Positions 11,800 through 26,150 of a stretch of 64,000 nt of DNA are shown in pieces; the stretch's first letter is position 1; every line of letters begins with the position of its first letter. Position numbers and translations under genes: made by a program. The DNA is from Perkinsela sp. CCAP 1560/9 (taxonomy: Eukaryota > Protista > Euglenozoa: Kinetoplastea): positions 558,001 through 622,000 of the forward strand of contig CBFFSA010000011.1 in the NCBI GenBank assembly GCA_965644495.1, read 5' to 3'. The notes beneath the pieces were generated by a model. That model had not been told where the DNA came from and did not search any database. It was given only the letters and a program-made list of their open reading frames with translations.

Positions 11800-14720
11800 A
11801 AAACAAAGGTCTTCAAAAACAAAGGTCTTCAAAAAAACAAAGGTCTTCAAAAAAACAAAGGTCTTCAAAAAAACAAAGGTCTTCAAAAAAACAAAGGTCT
11901 TCAAAAAAACAAAGGTCTTCAAAAAAACAAAGGTCTTCAAAAAAACATAGGTCTTCAAAAAAACAAAGGTCTTCAAAAAAACAAAGGTCTTCAAAAAAAC
12001 AAAGGTCTTCAAAAAAACAAAGGTCTTCAAAAACAAAGGTCTTCAAAAAAACAAAGGTCTTCAAAAAAACAAAGGTCTTCAAAAAAAGAAAGGTCTTCAA
12101 AAAAAACAAAGGTCTTCAAAAACAAAGGTCTTCAAAAAAACAAAGGTCTTCAAAAAGTCAAAAGGTCTTCAAAAAAAAAGGTCTTCAAAAAAACAAAGGT
12201 CTTCAAAAAAACAAAGGTCTTCAAAAAAACAAAAGGTCTTCAAAAAAAGAAAGGTCTTCAAAAAAACAAAGGTCTTCAAAAAAACAAAGGTCTTCAAAAA
12301 AAAAAAGGTCTTCAAAAAAAACAAAGGTCTTCAAAAAAACAAAAGTCTTCAAAAAAACAAAGTCTTCAAAAAATCAAAGGTCTTCAAAAAAACAAAGGTC
12401 TTCAAAAAAACAAAGGTCTTCAAAAAAACAAAGGTCTTCAAAAAAACAAAGGTCTTCAAAAAAACAAAGGTCTTCAAAAAAACAAAGGTCTTCAAAAAAA
12501 CAAAGGTCTTCAAAAAAACAAAGGTCTTCAAAAAAACAAAGGTCTTCAAAAAAACAAAGGTCTTCAAAAAAACAAAGGTCCTCAAAAAAACAAAGGTCTT
12601 CAAAAAAAACAAAGGTCATCAAAAAAACAAAGGTCTTCAAAAAAACAAAGGTCTTCGAAAAAACAAAGGTCTTCAAAAAAACAAAGGTCTTCAAAAAAAA
12701 AAAGGTCTTCAAAAAAAACAAAGGTCTTCAAAAAAACAAAAGTCTTCAAAAAAACAAAGTCTTCAAAAAATCAAAGGTCTTCAAAAAAACAAAGGTCTTC
12801 AAAAAAACAAAGGTCTTCAAAAAAACAAAGGTCTTCAAAAAAACAAAGGTCCTCAAAAAAACAAAGGTCTTCAAAAAAAACAAAGGTCATCAAAAAAACA
12901 AAGGTCTTCAAAAAAACATAGGTCTTCAAAAAAACAAAGGTCTTCAAAAAAACAAAGGTCTTCAAAAAAACAAAGGTCTTCAAAAAAACAAAGGTCTTCA
13001 AAAACAAAAGTCTTCAAAAAAACAAAGGTCTTCAAAAAAACAAAGGTCTTCAAAAAAAGAAAGGTCTTCAAAAAAAACAAAGGTCTTCAAAAACACAAGT
13101 CTTCAAAAAAACAAAGGTCTTCAAAAAAAAAAAGGTCTTCAAAAAAACAAAGGTCTTCAAAAAAAGAAAGGTCTTCAAAAAAAACAAAGGTCTTCAAAAA
13201 CAAAGGTCTTCAAAAAGTCAAAAGGTCTTCAAAAAAAAAGGTCTTCAAAAAAACAAAGGTCTTCAAAAAAACAAAGGTCTTCAAAAAAACAAAAGGTCTT
13301 CAAAAAAAGAAAGGTCTTCAAAAAAACAAAGGTCTTCGAAAAAACAAAGGTCTTCAAAAAAACAAAGGTCTTCAAAAAAACAAAGGTCTTCAAAAAAACA
13401 AAGGTCTTCAAAAAAAAAGGTCTTCAAAAAAACAAAGGTCTTCAAAAAAACAAAGGTCTTCAAAAAAACAAAAGGTCTTCAAAAAAAGAAAGGTCTTCAA
13501 AAAAACAAAGGTCTTCAAAAAAACAAAGGTCTTCAAAAAAACAAAGGTCTTCGAAAAAACAAAGGTCTTCAAAAAAAAAAAGGTCTTCAAAAAAACAAAG
13601 GTCTGCAAAAAAACAAAGGTCTTCAAAAACAAAGGTCTTCAAAAAAACAAAGGTCTTCAAAAAAACAAAGGTCTTCAAAAAAACAAAGGTCTTCAAAAAA
13701 ACAAAGGTCTTCAAAAAAACAAAGGTCTTCAAAAAAACAAAGGTCTTCAAAAAAACATAGGTCTTCAAAAAAACAAAGGTCTTCAAAAAAACAAAGGTCT
13801 TCAAAAAAACAAAGGTCTTCAAAAAAACAAAGGTCTTCAAAAACAAAGGTCTTCAAAAAAACAAAGGTCTTCAAAAAAACAAAGGTCTTCAAAAAAAGAA
13901 AGGTCTTCAAAAAAAACAAAGGTCTTCAAAAACAAAGGTCTTCAAAAAAACAAAGGTCTTCAAAAAGTCAAAAGGTCTTCAAAAAAAAAGGTCTTCAAAA
14001 AAACAAAGGTCTTCAAAAAAACAAAGGTCTTCAAAAAAACAAAAGGTCTTCAAAAAAAGAAAGGTCTTCAAAAAAACAAAGGTCTTCAAAAAAACAAAGG
14101 TCTTCAAAAAAAAAAAGGTCTTCAAAAAAAACAAAGGTCTTCAAAAAAACAAAAGTCTTCAAAAAAACAAAGTCTTCAAAAAATCAAAGGTCTTCAAAAA
14201 AACAAAGGTCTTCAAAAAAACAAAGGTCTTCAAAAAAACAAAGGTCTTCAAAAAAACAAAGGTCTTCAAAAAAACAAAGGTCTTCAAAAAAACAAAGGTC
14301 TTCAAAAAAACAAAGGTCTTCAAAAAAACAAAGGTCTTCAAAAAAACAAAGGTCTTCAAAAAAACAAAGGTCTTCAAAAAAACAAAGGTCCTCAAAAAAA
14401 CAAAGGTCTTCAAAAAAAACAAAGGTCATCAAAAAAACAAAGGTCTTCAAAAAAACAAAGGTCTTCGAAAAAACAAAGGTCTTCAAAAAAACAAAGGTCT
14501 TCAAAAAAAAAAAGGTCTTCAAAAAAAACAAAGGTCTTCAAAAAAACAAAAGTCTTCAAAAAAACAAAGTCTTCAAAAAATCAAAGGTCTTCAAAAAAAC
14601 AAAGGTCTTCAAAAAAACAAAGGTCTTCAAAAAAACAAAGGTCTTCAAAAAAACAAAGGTCCTCAAAAAAACAAAGGTCTTCAAAAAAAACAAAGGTCAT
14701 CAAAAAAACAAAGGTCTTCA
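11800..14720 (+). repeat. Local duplication, offset 1,810 bp (about 11,800-12,910 vs about 13,610-14,720)
   Basis: Identical ORFs 11813..12109/13623..13919, 12349..12612/14159..14422 and 12374..12721/14184..14531. Confidence 0.88.
12290..12380 (+). repeat. Example of recurrent variant cassette B: A11 unit, A8 unit, CAAAAGTCTTC (G>A), CAAAGTCTTC (G deleted), A6-TCAAA unit
   Basis: The core is first seen near 11,680-11,720. It recurs near 12,340, 12,735, 14,150, 14,545, 19,250, 20,110, 22,730, 23,500, 26,030, 27,620 and onward to about 63,225. Confidence 0.9.
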
Positions 14721-14999
14721 AAAAAACACAGGTCTTCAAAAAAACAAAGGTCTTCAAAAAAACATAGGTCTTCAAAAAAACAAAGGTCTTCAAAAAAACA
14801 AAGGTCTTCAAAAAAACAAAGGTCTTCAAAAAAACAAAGGTCTTCAAAAACAAAGGTCTTCAAAAAAACAAAGGTCTTCAAAAAAACAAAGGTCTTCAAA
14901 AAAAGAAAGGTCTTCAAAAAAAACAAAGGTCTTCAAAAACACAAGTCTTCAAAAAAACAAAGGTCTTCAAAAAAAAAAAGGTCTTCAAAAAAACAAAGG

Positions 15000-17900
15000 T
15001 CTTCAAAAAAACAAAGGTCTTCAAAAACAAAGGTCTTCAAAAAAACAAAGGTCTTCAAAAAAACAAAGGTCTTCAAAAAAACAAAGGTCTTCAAAAAAAC
15101 AAAGGTCTTCAAAAACAAAGGTCTTCAAAAAAACAAAGGTCTACAAAAAAACAAAGGTCTTCAAAAAAAGAAAGGTCTTCAAAAAAAACAAAGGTCTTCA
15201 AAAACAAAGGTCTTCAAAAAAACAAAGGTCTTCAAAAAAACAAAGGTCTTCAAAAAAACAAAGGTCTTCAAAAAAACAAAGGTCTTCAAAAACAAAGGTC
15301 TTCAAAAAAACAAAGGTCTTCAAAAAAACAAAGGTCTTCAAAAAAACAAAGGTCTTCAAAAAAACAAAGGTCTTCAAAAAAACAAAGGTCTTCAAAAAAA
15401 CAAAGGTCTTCAAAAAAACATAGGTCTTCAAAAAAACAAAGGTCTTCAAAAAAACAAAGGTCTTCAAAAAAACAAAGGTCTTCAAAAAAACAAAGGTCTT
15501 CAAAAACAAAGGTCTTCAAAAAAACAAAGGTCTTCAAAAAAACAAAGGTCTTCAAAAAAAGAAAGGTCTTCAAAAAAAACAAAGGTCTTCAAAAACAAAG
15601 GTCTTCAAAAAAACAAAGGTCTTCAAAAAGTCAAAAGGTCTTCAAAAAAAAAGGTCTTCAAAAAAACAAAGGTCTTCAAAAAGTCAAAAGGTCTTCAAAA
15701 AAAAAGGTCTTCAAAAAAACAAAGGTCTTCAAAAAAACAAAGGTCTTCAAAAAAACAAAAGGTCTTCAAAAAAAGAAAGGTCTTCAAAAAAAACAAAGGT
15801 CTTCAAAAAAACAAAGGTCTTCAAAAAAAGAAAGGTCTTCAAAAAAAACAAAGGTCTTCAAAAACAAAGGTCTTCAAAAAAACAAAGGTCTTCAAAAAAA
15901 AAAAGGTCTTCAAAAAAACAAAGGTCTTCAAAAAAACAAAGGTCTTCAAAAACAAAAGTCTTCAAAAAAACAAAGGTCTTCAAAAAAACAAAGGTCTTCA
16001 AAAACAAAGGTCTTCAAAAAAACAAAGGTCTTCAAAAAAACAAAGGTCTTCAAAAAAACAAAGGTCTTCAAAAAAACAAAGGTCTTCAAAAACAAAGGTC
16101 TTCAAAAAAACAAAGGTCTTCAAAAAAACAAAGGTCTTCAAAAAAAGAAAGGTCTTCAAAAAAAACAAAGGTCTTCAAAAACAAAGGTCTTCAAAAAAAC
16201 AAAGGTCTTCAAAAAAACAAAGGTCTTCAAAAAAACAAAGGTCTTCAAAAAAACAAAGGTCTTCAAAAACAAAGGTCTTCAAAAAAACAAAGGTCTTCAA
16301 AAAAACAAAGGTCTTCAAAAAAACAAAGGTCTTCAAAAAAACAAAGGTCTTCAAAAAAACAAAGGTCTTCAAAAAAACAAAGGTCTTCAAAAAAACATAG
16401 GTCTTCAAAAAAACAAAGGTCTTCAAAAAAACAAAGGTCTTCAAAAAAACAAAGGTCTTCAAAAAAACAAAGGTCTTCAAAAACAAAGGTCTTCAAAAAA
16501 ACAAAGGTCTTCAAAAAAACAAAGGTCTTCAAAAAAACAAAGGTCTTCAAAAACAAAGGTCTTCAAAAAAACAAAGGTCTTCAAAAAAACAAAGGTCTTC
16601 AAAAAAAGAAAGGTCTTCAAAAAAAACAAAGGTCTTCAAAAACAAAGGTCTTCAAAAAAACAAAGGTCTTCAAAAAAACAAAGGTCTTCAAAAAAACAAA
16701 GGTCTTCAAAAAAACAAAGGTCTTCAAAAACAAAGGTCTTCAAAAAAACAAAGGTCTTCAAAAAAACAAAGGTCTTCAAAAAAACAAAGGTCTTCAAAAA
16801 AACAAAGGTCTTCAAAAAAACAAAGGTCTTCAAAAAAACAAAGGTCTTCAAAAAAACAAAGGTCTTCAAAAAAACATAGGTCTTCAAAAAAACAAAGGTC
16901 TTCAAAAAAACAAAGGTCTTCAAAAAAACAAAGGTCTTCAAAAAAACAAAGGTCTTCAAAAACAAAGGTCTTCAAAAAAACAAAGGTCTTCAAAAAAACA
17001 AAGGTCTTCAAAAAAACAAAGGTCTTCAAAAAATCAAAGGTCTTCAAAAAAACAAAGGTCTTCAAAAAAACAAAGGTCTTCAAAAAAACAAAGGTCTTCA
17101 AAAAAACAAAGGTCTTCAAAAAAACAAAGGTCTTCAAAAAAACAAAGGTCTTCAAAAAAACAAAGGTCTTCAAAAAAACAAAGGTCTTCAAAAAAACAAA
17201 GGTCTTCAAAAAAACAAAAGGTCTCCAAAAAAAGAAAGGTCTTCAAAAAAACAAAGGTCTTCAAAAAAACAAAGGTCTTCAAAAAAACAAAGGTCTTCAA
17301 AAAAACATAGGTCTTCAAAAAAACAAAGGTCTTCAAAAAAACAAAGGTCTTCAAAAAAACAAAGGTCTTCAAAAAAACAAAGGTCTTCAAAAACAAAGGT
17401 CTTCAAAAAAACAAAGGTCTTCAAAAAAACAAAGGTCTTCAAAAAAAGAAAGGTCTTCAAAAAAAACAAAGGTCTTCAAAAACAAAGGTCTTCAAAAAAA
17501 CAAAGGTCTTCAAAAAAAACAAAGGTCTTCAAAAACAAAGGTCTTCAAAAAAACAAAGGTCTTCAAAAAGTCAAAAGGTCTTCAAAAAAAAAGGTCTTCA
17601 AAAAAACAAAGGTCTTCAAAAAAACAAAGGTCTTCAAAAAAACAAAAGGTCTTCAAAAAAAGAAAGGTCTTCAAAAAAAACAAAGGTCTTCAAAAAAACA
17701 AAGGTCTTCAAAAAAAGAAAGGTCTTCAAAAAAAACAAAGGTCTTCAAAAACAAAGGTCTTCAAAAAAACAAAGGTCTTCAAAAAAAAAAAGGTCTTCAA
17801 AAAAACAAAGGTCTTCAAAAAAACAAAGGTCTTCAAAAACAAAAGTCTTCAAAAAAACAAAGGTCTTCAAAAAAACAAAGGTCTTCAAAAACAAAGGTCT

Positions 17901-18900
17901 TCAAAAAAACAAAGGTCTTCAAAAAAACAAAGGTCTTCAAAAAAACAAAGGTCTTCAAAAAAACAAAGGTCTTCAAAAACAAAGGTCTTCAAAAAAACAA
18001 AGGTCTTCAAAAAAACAAAGGTCTTCAAAAAAAGAAAGGTCTTCAAAAAAAACAAAGGTCTTCAAAAACAAAGGTCTTCAAAAAAACAAAGGTCTTCAAA
18101 AAAACAAAGGTCTTCAAAAAAACAAAGGTCTTCAAAAAAACAAAGGTCTTCAAAAACAAAGGTCTTCAAAAAAACAAAGGTCTTCAAAAAAACAAAGGTC
18201 TTCAAAAAAACAAAGGTCTTCAAAAAAACAAAGGTCTTCAAAAAAACAAAGGTCTTCAAAAAAACAAAGGTCTTCAAAAAAACATAGGTCTTCAAAAAAA
18301 CAAAGGTCTTCAAAAAAACAAAGGTCTTCAAAAAAACAAAGGTCTTCAAAAAAACAAAGGTCTTCAAAAACAAAGGTCTTCAAAAAAACAAAGGTCTTCA
18401 AAAAAACAAAGGTCTTCAAAAAAACAAAGGTCTTCAAAAACAAAGGTCTTCAAAAAAACAAAGGTCTTCAAAAAAACAAAGGTCTTCAAAAAAAGAAAGG
18501 TCTTCAAAAAAAACAAAGGTCTTCAAAAACAAAGGTCTTCAAAAAAACAAAGGTCTTCAAAAAAACAAAGGTCTTCAAAAAAACAAAGGTCTTCAAAAAA
18601 ACAAAGGTCTTCAAAAACAAAGGTCTTCAAAAAAACAAAGGTCTTCAAAAAAACAAAGGTCTTCAAAAAAACAAAGGTCTTCAAAAAAACAAAGGTCTTC
18701 AAAAAAACAAAGGTCTTCAAAAAAACAAAGGTCTTCAAAAAAACATAGGTCTTCAAAAAAACAAAGGTCTTCAAAAAAACAAAGGTCTTCAAAAAAACAA
18801 AGGTCTTCAAAGAAACAAAGGTCTTCAAAAACAAAGGTCTTCAAAAAAACAAAGGTCTTCAAAAAAACAAAGGTCTTCAAAAAAAGAAAGGTCTTCAAAA
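15000..18900 (+). repeat. A5-unit-rich domain with nested periods of 461, 977 and 1,887 bp
   Basis: ORF offsets 15198/16175 (977), 16175/16636 and 18062/18523 (461), 16175..16486/18062..18373 (1887). Confidence 0.85.
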
Positions 18901-20379
18901 AATCAAAGGTCTTCAAAAAAACAAAGGTCTTCAAAAAAACAAAGGTCTTCAAAAAAACAAAGGTCTTCAAAAAAACAAAGGTCTTCAAAAAAACAAAGGT
19001 CTTCAAAAAAACAAAGGTCTTCAAAAAAACAAAGGTCTTCAAAAAAACAAAGGTCTTCAAAAAAACAAAGGTCTTCAAAAAAACAAAGGTCCTCAAAAAA
19101 ACAAAGGTCTTCAAAAAAAACAAAGGTCATCAAAAAAACAAAGGTCTTCAAAAAAACAAAGGTCTTCGAAAAAACAAAGGTCTTCAAAAAAACAAAGGTC
19201 TTCAAAAAAAAAAAGGTCTTCAAAAAAAACAAAGGTCTTCAAAAAAACAAAAGTCTTCAAAAAAACAAAGTCTTCAAAAAATCAAAGGTCTTCAAAAAAA
19301 CAAAGGTCTTCAAAAAAACAAAGGTCTTCAAAAAAACAAAGGTCTTCAAAAAAACAAAGGTCCTCAAAAAAACAAAGGTCTTCAAAAAAAACAAAGGTCA
19401 TCAAAAAAACAAAGGTCTTCAAAAAAACAAAGGTCTTCAAAAAAACAAAGGTCTTCAAAAAAACATAGGTCTTCAAAAAAACAAAGGTCTTCAAAAAAAC
19501 AAAGGTCTTCAAAAAAACAAAGGTCTTCAAAAAAACAAAGGTCTTCAAAAACAAAGGTCTTCAAAAAAACAAAGGTCTTCAAAAAAACAAAGGTCTTCAA
19601 AAAAAGAAAGGTCTTCAAAAAAAACAAACGTCTTCAAAAACAAAGGTCTTCAAAAAAACTAAGGTCTTCAAAAAGTCAAAAGGTCTTCAAAAAAAAAGGT
19701 CTTCAAAAAAACAAAGGTCTTCAAAAAAACAAAGGTCTTCAAAAAAAGAAAGGTCTTCAAAAAATCAAAGGTCTTTAAAAAAACAAAGGTCTTCAAAAAA
19801 ACAAAGGTCTTCAAAAAAACAAAGGTCTTCAAAAAAACAAAGGTCTTCAAAAAAACAAAGGTCTTCAAAAAAACAAAGGTCTTCAAAAAAACAAAGGTCT
19901 TCAAAAAAACAAAGGTCTTCAAAAAAACAAAGGTCTTCAAAAAAACAAAGGTCCTCAAAAAAACAAAGGTCTTCAAAAAAAACAAAGGTCATCAAAAAAA
20001 CAAAGGTCTTCAAAAAAACAAAGGTCTTCGAAAAAACAAAGGTCTTCAAAAAAACAAAGGTCTTCAAAAAAAAAAAGGTCTTCAAAAAAAACAAAGGTCT
20101 TCAAAAAAACAAAAGTCTTCAAAAAAACAAAGTCTTCAAAAAATCAAAGGTCTTCAAAAAAACAAAGGTCTTCAAAAAAACAAAGGTCTTCAAAAAAACA
20201 AAGGTCTTCAAAAAAACAAAGGTCCTCAAAAAAACAAAGGTCTTCAAAAAAAACAAAGGTCATCAAAAAAACAAAGGTCTTCAAAAAAACAAAGGTCTTC
20301 AAAAAAACAAAGGTCTTCAAAAAAACAAAGGTCATCAAAAAAACAAAGGTCTTCAAAAAAACAAAGGTCATCAAAAAAA

Positions 20380-22600
20380 CAAAGGTCTTCAAAAAAACAA
20401 AGGTCTTCAAAAAAACAAAGGTCTTCAAAAAAACATAGGTCTTCAAAAAAACAAAGGTCTTCAAAAAAACAAAGGTCTTCAAAAAAACAAAGGTCTTCAA
20501 AAAAACAAAGGTCTTCAAAAACAAAGGTCTTCAAAAAAACAAAGGTCTTCAAAAAAACAAAGGTCTTCAAAAAAAGAAAGGTCTTCAAAAAAAACAAAGG
20601 TCTTCAAAAACAAAGGTCTTCAAAAAAACAAAGGTCTTCAAAAAGTCAAAAGGTCTTCAAAAAAAAAGGTCTTCAAAAAAACAAAGGTCTTCAAAAAAAC
20701 AAAGGTCTTCAAAAAAACAAAAGGTCTTCAAAAAAAGAAAGGTCTTCAAAAAAACAAAGGTCTTCAAAAAAACAAACGTCTTCAAAAAAACAAAGGTCTT
20801 CAAAAAAACAAAGGTCTTCAAAAAAACAAAGGTCTTCAAAAAAACAAAAGGTCTTCAAAAAAACAAAGGTCTTCAAAAAAACAAAGGTCTTCAAAAAAAA
20901 CAAAGGTCATCAAAAAAACAAAGGTCTTCAAAAAAACAAAGGTCTTCAAAAAAAAAAAGGTCTTCAAAAAAACAAAGGTCTTCAAAAAAACAAAGGTCTT
21001 CAAAAAAACAAAGGTCTTCAAAAACAAAGGTCTTCAAAAAAACAAAGGTCTTCAAAAAAACAAAGGTCTTCAAAAAAACATAGGTCTTCAAAAAAACAAA
21101 GGTCTTCAAAAAAACAAAGGTCTTCAAAAAAACAAAGGTCTTCAAAAAAACATAGGTCTTCAAAAAAACAAAGGTCTTCAAAAAAACAAAGGTCTTCAAA
21201 AAAACAAAGGTCTTCAAAAACAAAGGTCTTCAAAAAAACAAAGGTCTTCAAAAAAACAAAGGTCTTCAAAGAAAGAAAGGTCTTCAAAAAAAACAAAGGT
21301 CTTCAAAAACAAAGGTCTTCAAAAAAACAAAGGTCTTCAAAAAGTCAAAAGGTCTTCAAAAAAAAAGGTCTTCAAAAAAACAAAGGTCTTCAAAAAAACA
21401 AAGGTCTTCAAAAAAACAAAGGTCCTCAAAAAAACAAAGGTCTTCAAAAAAAACAAAGGTCATCAAAAAAACAAAGGTCTTCAAAAAAACAAAGGTCTTC
21501 AAAAAAACAAAGGTCTTCAAAAAAACAAAGGTCATCAAAAAAACAAAGGTCTTCAAAAAAAACAAAGGTCATCAAAAAAACAAAGGTCTTCAAAAAAACA
21601 AAGGTCTTCAAAAAAACAAAGGTCTTCAAAAAAACATAGGTCTTCAAAAAAACAAAGGTCTTCAAAAAAACAAAGGTCTTCAAAAAAACAAAGGTCTTCA
21701 AAAAAACAAAGGTCTTCAAAAACAAAGGTCTTCAAAAAAACAAAGGTCTTCAAAAAAACAAAGGTCTTCAAAAAAAGAAAGGTCTTCAAAAAAAACAAAG
21801 GTCTTCAAAAACAAAGGTCTTCAAAAAAACAAAGGTCTTCAAAAAGTCAAAAGGTCTTCAAAAAAAAAGGTCTTCAAAAAAACAAAGGTCTTCAAAAAAA
21901 CAAAGGTCTTCAAAAAAACAAAAGGTCTTCAAAAAAAGAAAGGTCTTCAAAAAAACAAAGGTCTTCAAAAAAACAAAGGTCTTCAAAAAAACAAAGGTCT
22001 TCAAAAAAACAAAGGTCTTCAAAAAAACAAAGGTCTTCAAAAAAACAAAAGGTCTTCAAAAAAACAAAGGTCTTCAAAAAAACAAAGGTCTTCAAAAAAA
22101 ACAAAGGTCATCAAAAAAACAAAGGTCTTCAAAAAAACAAAGGTCTTCAAAAAAAAAAAGGTCTTCAAAAAAACAAAGGTCTTCAAAAAAACAAAGGTCT
22201 TCAAAAAAACAAAGGTCTTCAAAAACAAAGGTCTTCAAAAAAACAAAGGTCTTCAAAAAAACAAAGGTCTTCAAAAAAACAAAGGTCTTCAAAAAAACAA
22301 AGGTCTTCAAAAAAACAAAGGTCTTCAAAAAAACAAAGGTCTTCAAAAAAACATAGGTCTTCAAAAAATCAAAGGTCTTCAAAAAAACAAAGGTCTTCAA
22401 AAAAACAAAGGTCTTCAAAAACAAAGGTCTTCAAAAAAACAAAGGTCTTCAAAAAAACAAAGGTCTTCAAAGAAAGAAAGGTCTTCAAAAAAAACAAAGG
22501 TCTTCAAAAACAAAGGTCTTCAAAAAAACAAAGGTCTTCAAAAAGTCAAAAGGTCTTCAAAAAAAAAGGTCTTCAAAAAAACAAAGGTCTTCAAAAAAGC
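20380..22600 (+). repeat. Local duplication, offset 1,201 bp
   Basis: AAAGAAAGAAAGG variant at 21268/22469. ORFs 20657..20839/21858..22040 and 20836..21027/22037..22228. Confidence 0.88.
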
Positions 22601-25600
22601 AAAGGTCTTCAAAAAAACAAAAGGTCTTCAAAAAAAGAAAGGTCTTCAAAAAAACAAAGGTCTTCAAAAAAACAAAGGTCTTCAAAAAAAAAAAGGTCTT
22701 CAAAAAAAACAAAGGTCTTCAAAAAAACAAAAGTCTTCAAAAAAACAAAGTCTTCAAAAAATCAAAGGTCTTCAAAAAAACAAAGGTCTTCAAAAAAACA
22801 AAGGTCTTCAAAAAAACAAAGGTCTTCAAAAAAATAAAGGTCTTCAAAAAAACAAAGGTCTTCAAAAAAACAAAGGTCTTCAAAAAAACAAAGGTCTTCA
22901 AAAAAACAAAGGTCTTCAAAAAAACAAAGGTCTTCAAAAACAAAGGTCTTCAAAAAAACAAAGGTCTTCAAAAAAACAAAGGTCTTCAAAAAAAGAAAGG
23001 TCTTCAAAAAAAACAAAGGTCTTCAAAAACAAAGGTCTTCAAAAAAACAAAGGTCTTCAAAAAGTCAAAAGGTCTTCAAAAAAAAAGGTCTTCAAAAAAA
23101 CAAAGGTCTTCAAAAAAACAAAGGTCTTCAAAAAAACAAAAGGTCTTCAAAAAAAGAAAGGTCTTCAAAAAAACCAAGGTCTTCAAAAAAACAAAGGTCT
23201 TCGAAAAAACAAAGGTCTTCAAAAAAACAAAGGTCTTCAAAAAAACAAAGGTCTTCAAAAAAACAAAGGTCTTCAAAAAAACATAGGTCTTCAAAAAAAC
23301 AAAGGTCTTCAAAAAAACAAAGGTCTTCAAAAAAACAAAGGTCTTCAAAAAAACAAAAGGTCTTCAAAAAAAGAAAGGTCTTCAAAAAAAGAAAGGTCTT
23401 CAAAAAAACAAAGGTCTTCGAAAAAACAAAGGTCTTCAAAAAAACAAAGGTCTTCAAAAAAAAAAAGGTCTTCAAAAAAAACAAAGGTCTTCAAAAAAAC
23501 AAAAGTCTTCAAAAAAACAAAGTCTTCAAAAAATCAAAGGTCTTCAAAAAAACAAAGGTCTTCAAAAAAACAAAGGTCTTCAAAAAAACAAAGGTCTTCA
23601 AAAAAAACAAAGGTCTTCAAAAACAAAGGTCTTCAAAAAAACAAAGGTCTTCAAAAAGTCAAAAGGTCTTCAAAAAAAAAGGTCTTCAAAAAAACAAAGG
23701 TCTTCAAAAAAACAAAGGTCTTCAAAAAAACAAAAGGTCTTCAAAAAAAGAAAGGTCTTCAAAAAAACAAAGGTCTTCAAAAAAACAAAGGTCTTCGAAA
23801 AAACAAAGGTCTTCAAAAAAACAAAGGTCTTCAAAAAAACAAAGGTCTTCAAAAAAACAAAGGTCTTCAAAAAAACAAAGGTCTTCAAAAAAACAAAGGT
23901 CTTCAAAAAAACAAAAGGTCTTCAAAAAAAGAAAGGTCTTCAAAAAAACAAAGGTCTTCAAAAAAACAAAGGTCTTCGAAAAAACAAAGGTCTTCAAAAA
24001 AACAAAAGTCTTTAAAAAAACAAAGTCTTCAAAAAATCAAAGGTCTTCAAAAAAACAAAGGTCTTCAAAAAAACAAAGGTCTTCAAAAAAACAAAGGTCT
24101 TCAAAAAAACAAAGGTCCTCAAAAAAACAAAGGTCTTCAAAAAAACAAAGGTCTTCAAAAACAAAGGTCTTCAAAAAAACAAAGGTCTTCAAAAAAAAAA
24201 AGGTCTTCAAAAAAACAAAGGTCTTCAAAAAAACAAAGGTCTTCAAAAAAACAAAGGTCTTCAAAAAAACATAGGTCTTCAAAAAAACAAAGGTCTTCAA
24301 AAAAACAAAGGTCTTCAAAAAAACAAAGGTCTTCAAAAAAACAAAGGTCTTCAAAAACAAAGGTCTTCAAAAAAACAAAGGTCTTCAAAAAAACAAAGGT
24401 CTTCAAAAAAAGAAAGGTCTTCAAAAAAAACAAAGGTCTTCAAAAACAAACGTCTTCAAAAAAACAAAGGTCTTCAAAAAGTCAAAAGGTCTTCAAAAAA
24501 AAAGGTCTTCAAAAAAACAAAGGTCTTCAAAAAAACAAAGGTCTTCAAAAAAACAAAAGGTCTTCAAAAAAAGAAAGGTCTTCAAAAAAACAAAGGTCTT
24601 CAAAAAAACAAAGGTCTTCAAAAAAACAAAAGTCTTCAAAAAAACAAAGGTCTTCAAAAAAACAAAGGTCTTCAAAAAAACAAAGGTCTTCAAAAAAAAA
24701 AAGGTCTTCAAAAAAAACAAAGGTCTTCAAAAAAACAAAAGTCTTCAAAAAAACAAAGTCTTCAAAAAATCAAAGGTCTTCAAAAAAACAAAAGGTCTTC
24801 AAAAAAAGAAAGGTCTTCAAAAAAACAAAGGTCTTCAAAAAAACAAAGGTCTTCGAAAAAACAAAGGTCTTCAAAAAAACAAAGGTCTTCAAAAAAACAA
24901 AGGTCTTCAAAAAAACAAAGGTCTTCAAAAAAACAAAGGTCTTCAAAAAAACAAAGGTCTTCAAAAAAACAAAAGGTCTTCAAAAAAAGAAAGGTCTTCA
25001 AAAAAACAAAGGTCTTCAAAAAAACAAAGGTCTTCGAAAAAACAAAGGTCTTCAAAAAAACAAAAGTCTTTAGAAAAACAAAGTCTTCAAAAAATCAAAG
25101 GTCTTCAAAAAAACAAAGGTCTTCAAAAAAACAAAGGTCTTCAAAAAAACAAAGGTCTTCAAAAAAACAAAGGTCTTCAAAAAAACAAAGGTCTTCAAAA
25201 AAAACAAAGGTGATCAAAAAAACAAAGGTCTTCAAAAAAACAAAGGTCTTCAAAAAAAAAAAGGTCTTCAAAAAAACAAAGGTCTTCAAAAAAACAAAGG
25301 TCTTCAAAAAAACAAAGGTCTTCAAAAACAAAGGTCTTCAAAAAAACAAAGGTCTTCAAAAAAACAAAGGTCTTCAAAAAAACAAAGGTCTTCAAAAAAA
25401 CAAAGGTCTTCAAAAAAACAAAGGTCTTCAAAAAAACATAGGTCTTCAAAAAAACAAAGGTCTTCAAAAAAACAAAGGTCTTCAAAAAAACAAAGGTCTT
25501 CAAAAAAACAAAGGTCTTCAAAAACAAAGGTCTTCAAAAAAACAAAGGTCTTCAAAAAAACAAAGGTCTTCAAAAAAAGAAAGGTCTTCAAAAAAAACAA

Positions 25601-26150
25601 AGGTCTTCAAAAACAAACGTCTTCAAAAAAACAAAGGTCTTCAAAAAGTCAAAAGGTCTTCAAAAAAAAAGGTCTTCAAAAAAACAAAGGTCTTCAAAAA
25701 AACAAAGGTCTTCAAAAAAACAAAAGGTCTTCAAAAAAAGAAAGGTCTTCAAAAAAACAAAGGTCTTCAAAAAAACAAAGGTCTTCGAAAAAACAAAGGT
25801 CTTCAAAAAAACAAAGGTCTTCAAAAAAACAAAGGTCTTCAAAAAAACAAAGGTCTTCAAAAAAACAAAGGTCTTCAAAAAAACATAGGTCTTCAAAAAA
25901 ACAAAGGTCATCAAAAAAACAAAGGTCTTCAAAAAAACAAAGGTCTTCAAAAAAAAAAAGGTCTTCAAAAAAACAAAGGTCTTCAAAAAAAAAAAGGTCT
26001 TCAAAAAAAACAAAGGTCTTCAAAAAAACAAAAGTCTTCAAAAAAACAAAGTCTTCAAAAAATCAAAGGTCTTCAAAAAAACAAAGGTCTTCAAAAAAAC
26101 AAAGGTCTTCAAAAAAACAAAGGTCTTCAAAAAAACAAAGGTCTTCAAAA
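22200..26150 (+). repeat. Block duplicated about 23 kb downstream (about 45,180-49,130; offset 22,977-22,978 bp)
   Basis: AAAGAAAGAAAGG 22469/45446 and TGATCA 25211/48189. ORFs 22737..22943/45714..45920, 23670..23906/46647..46883 and 25660..26013/48638..48991. Confidence 0.92.
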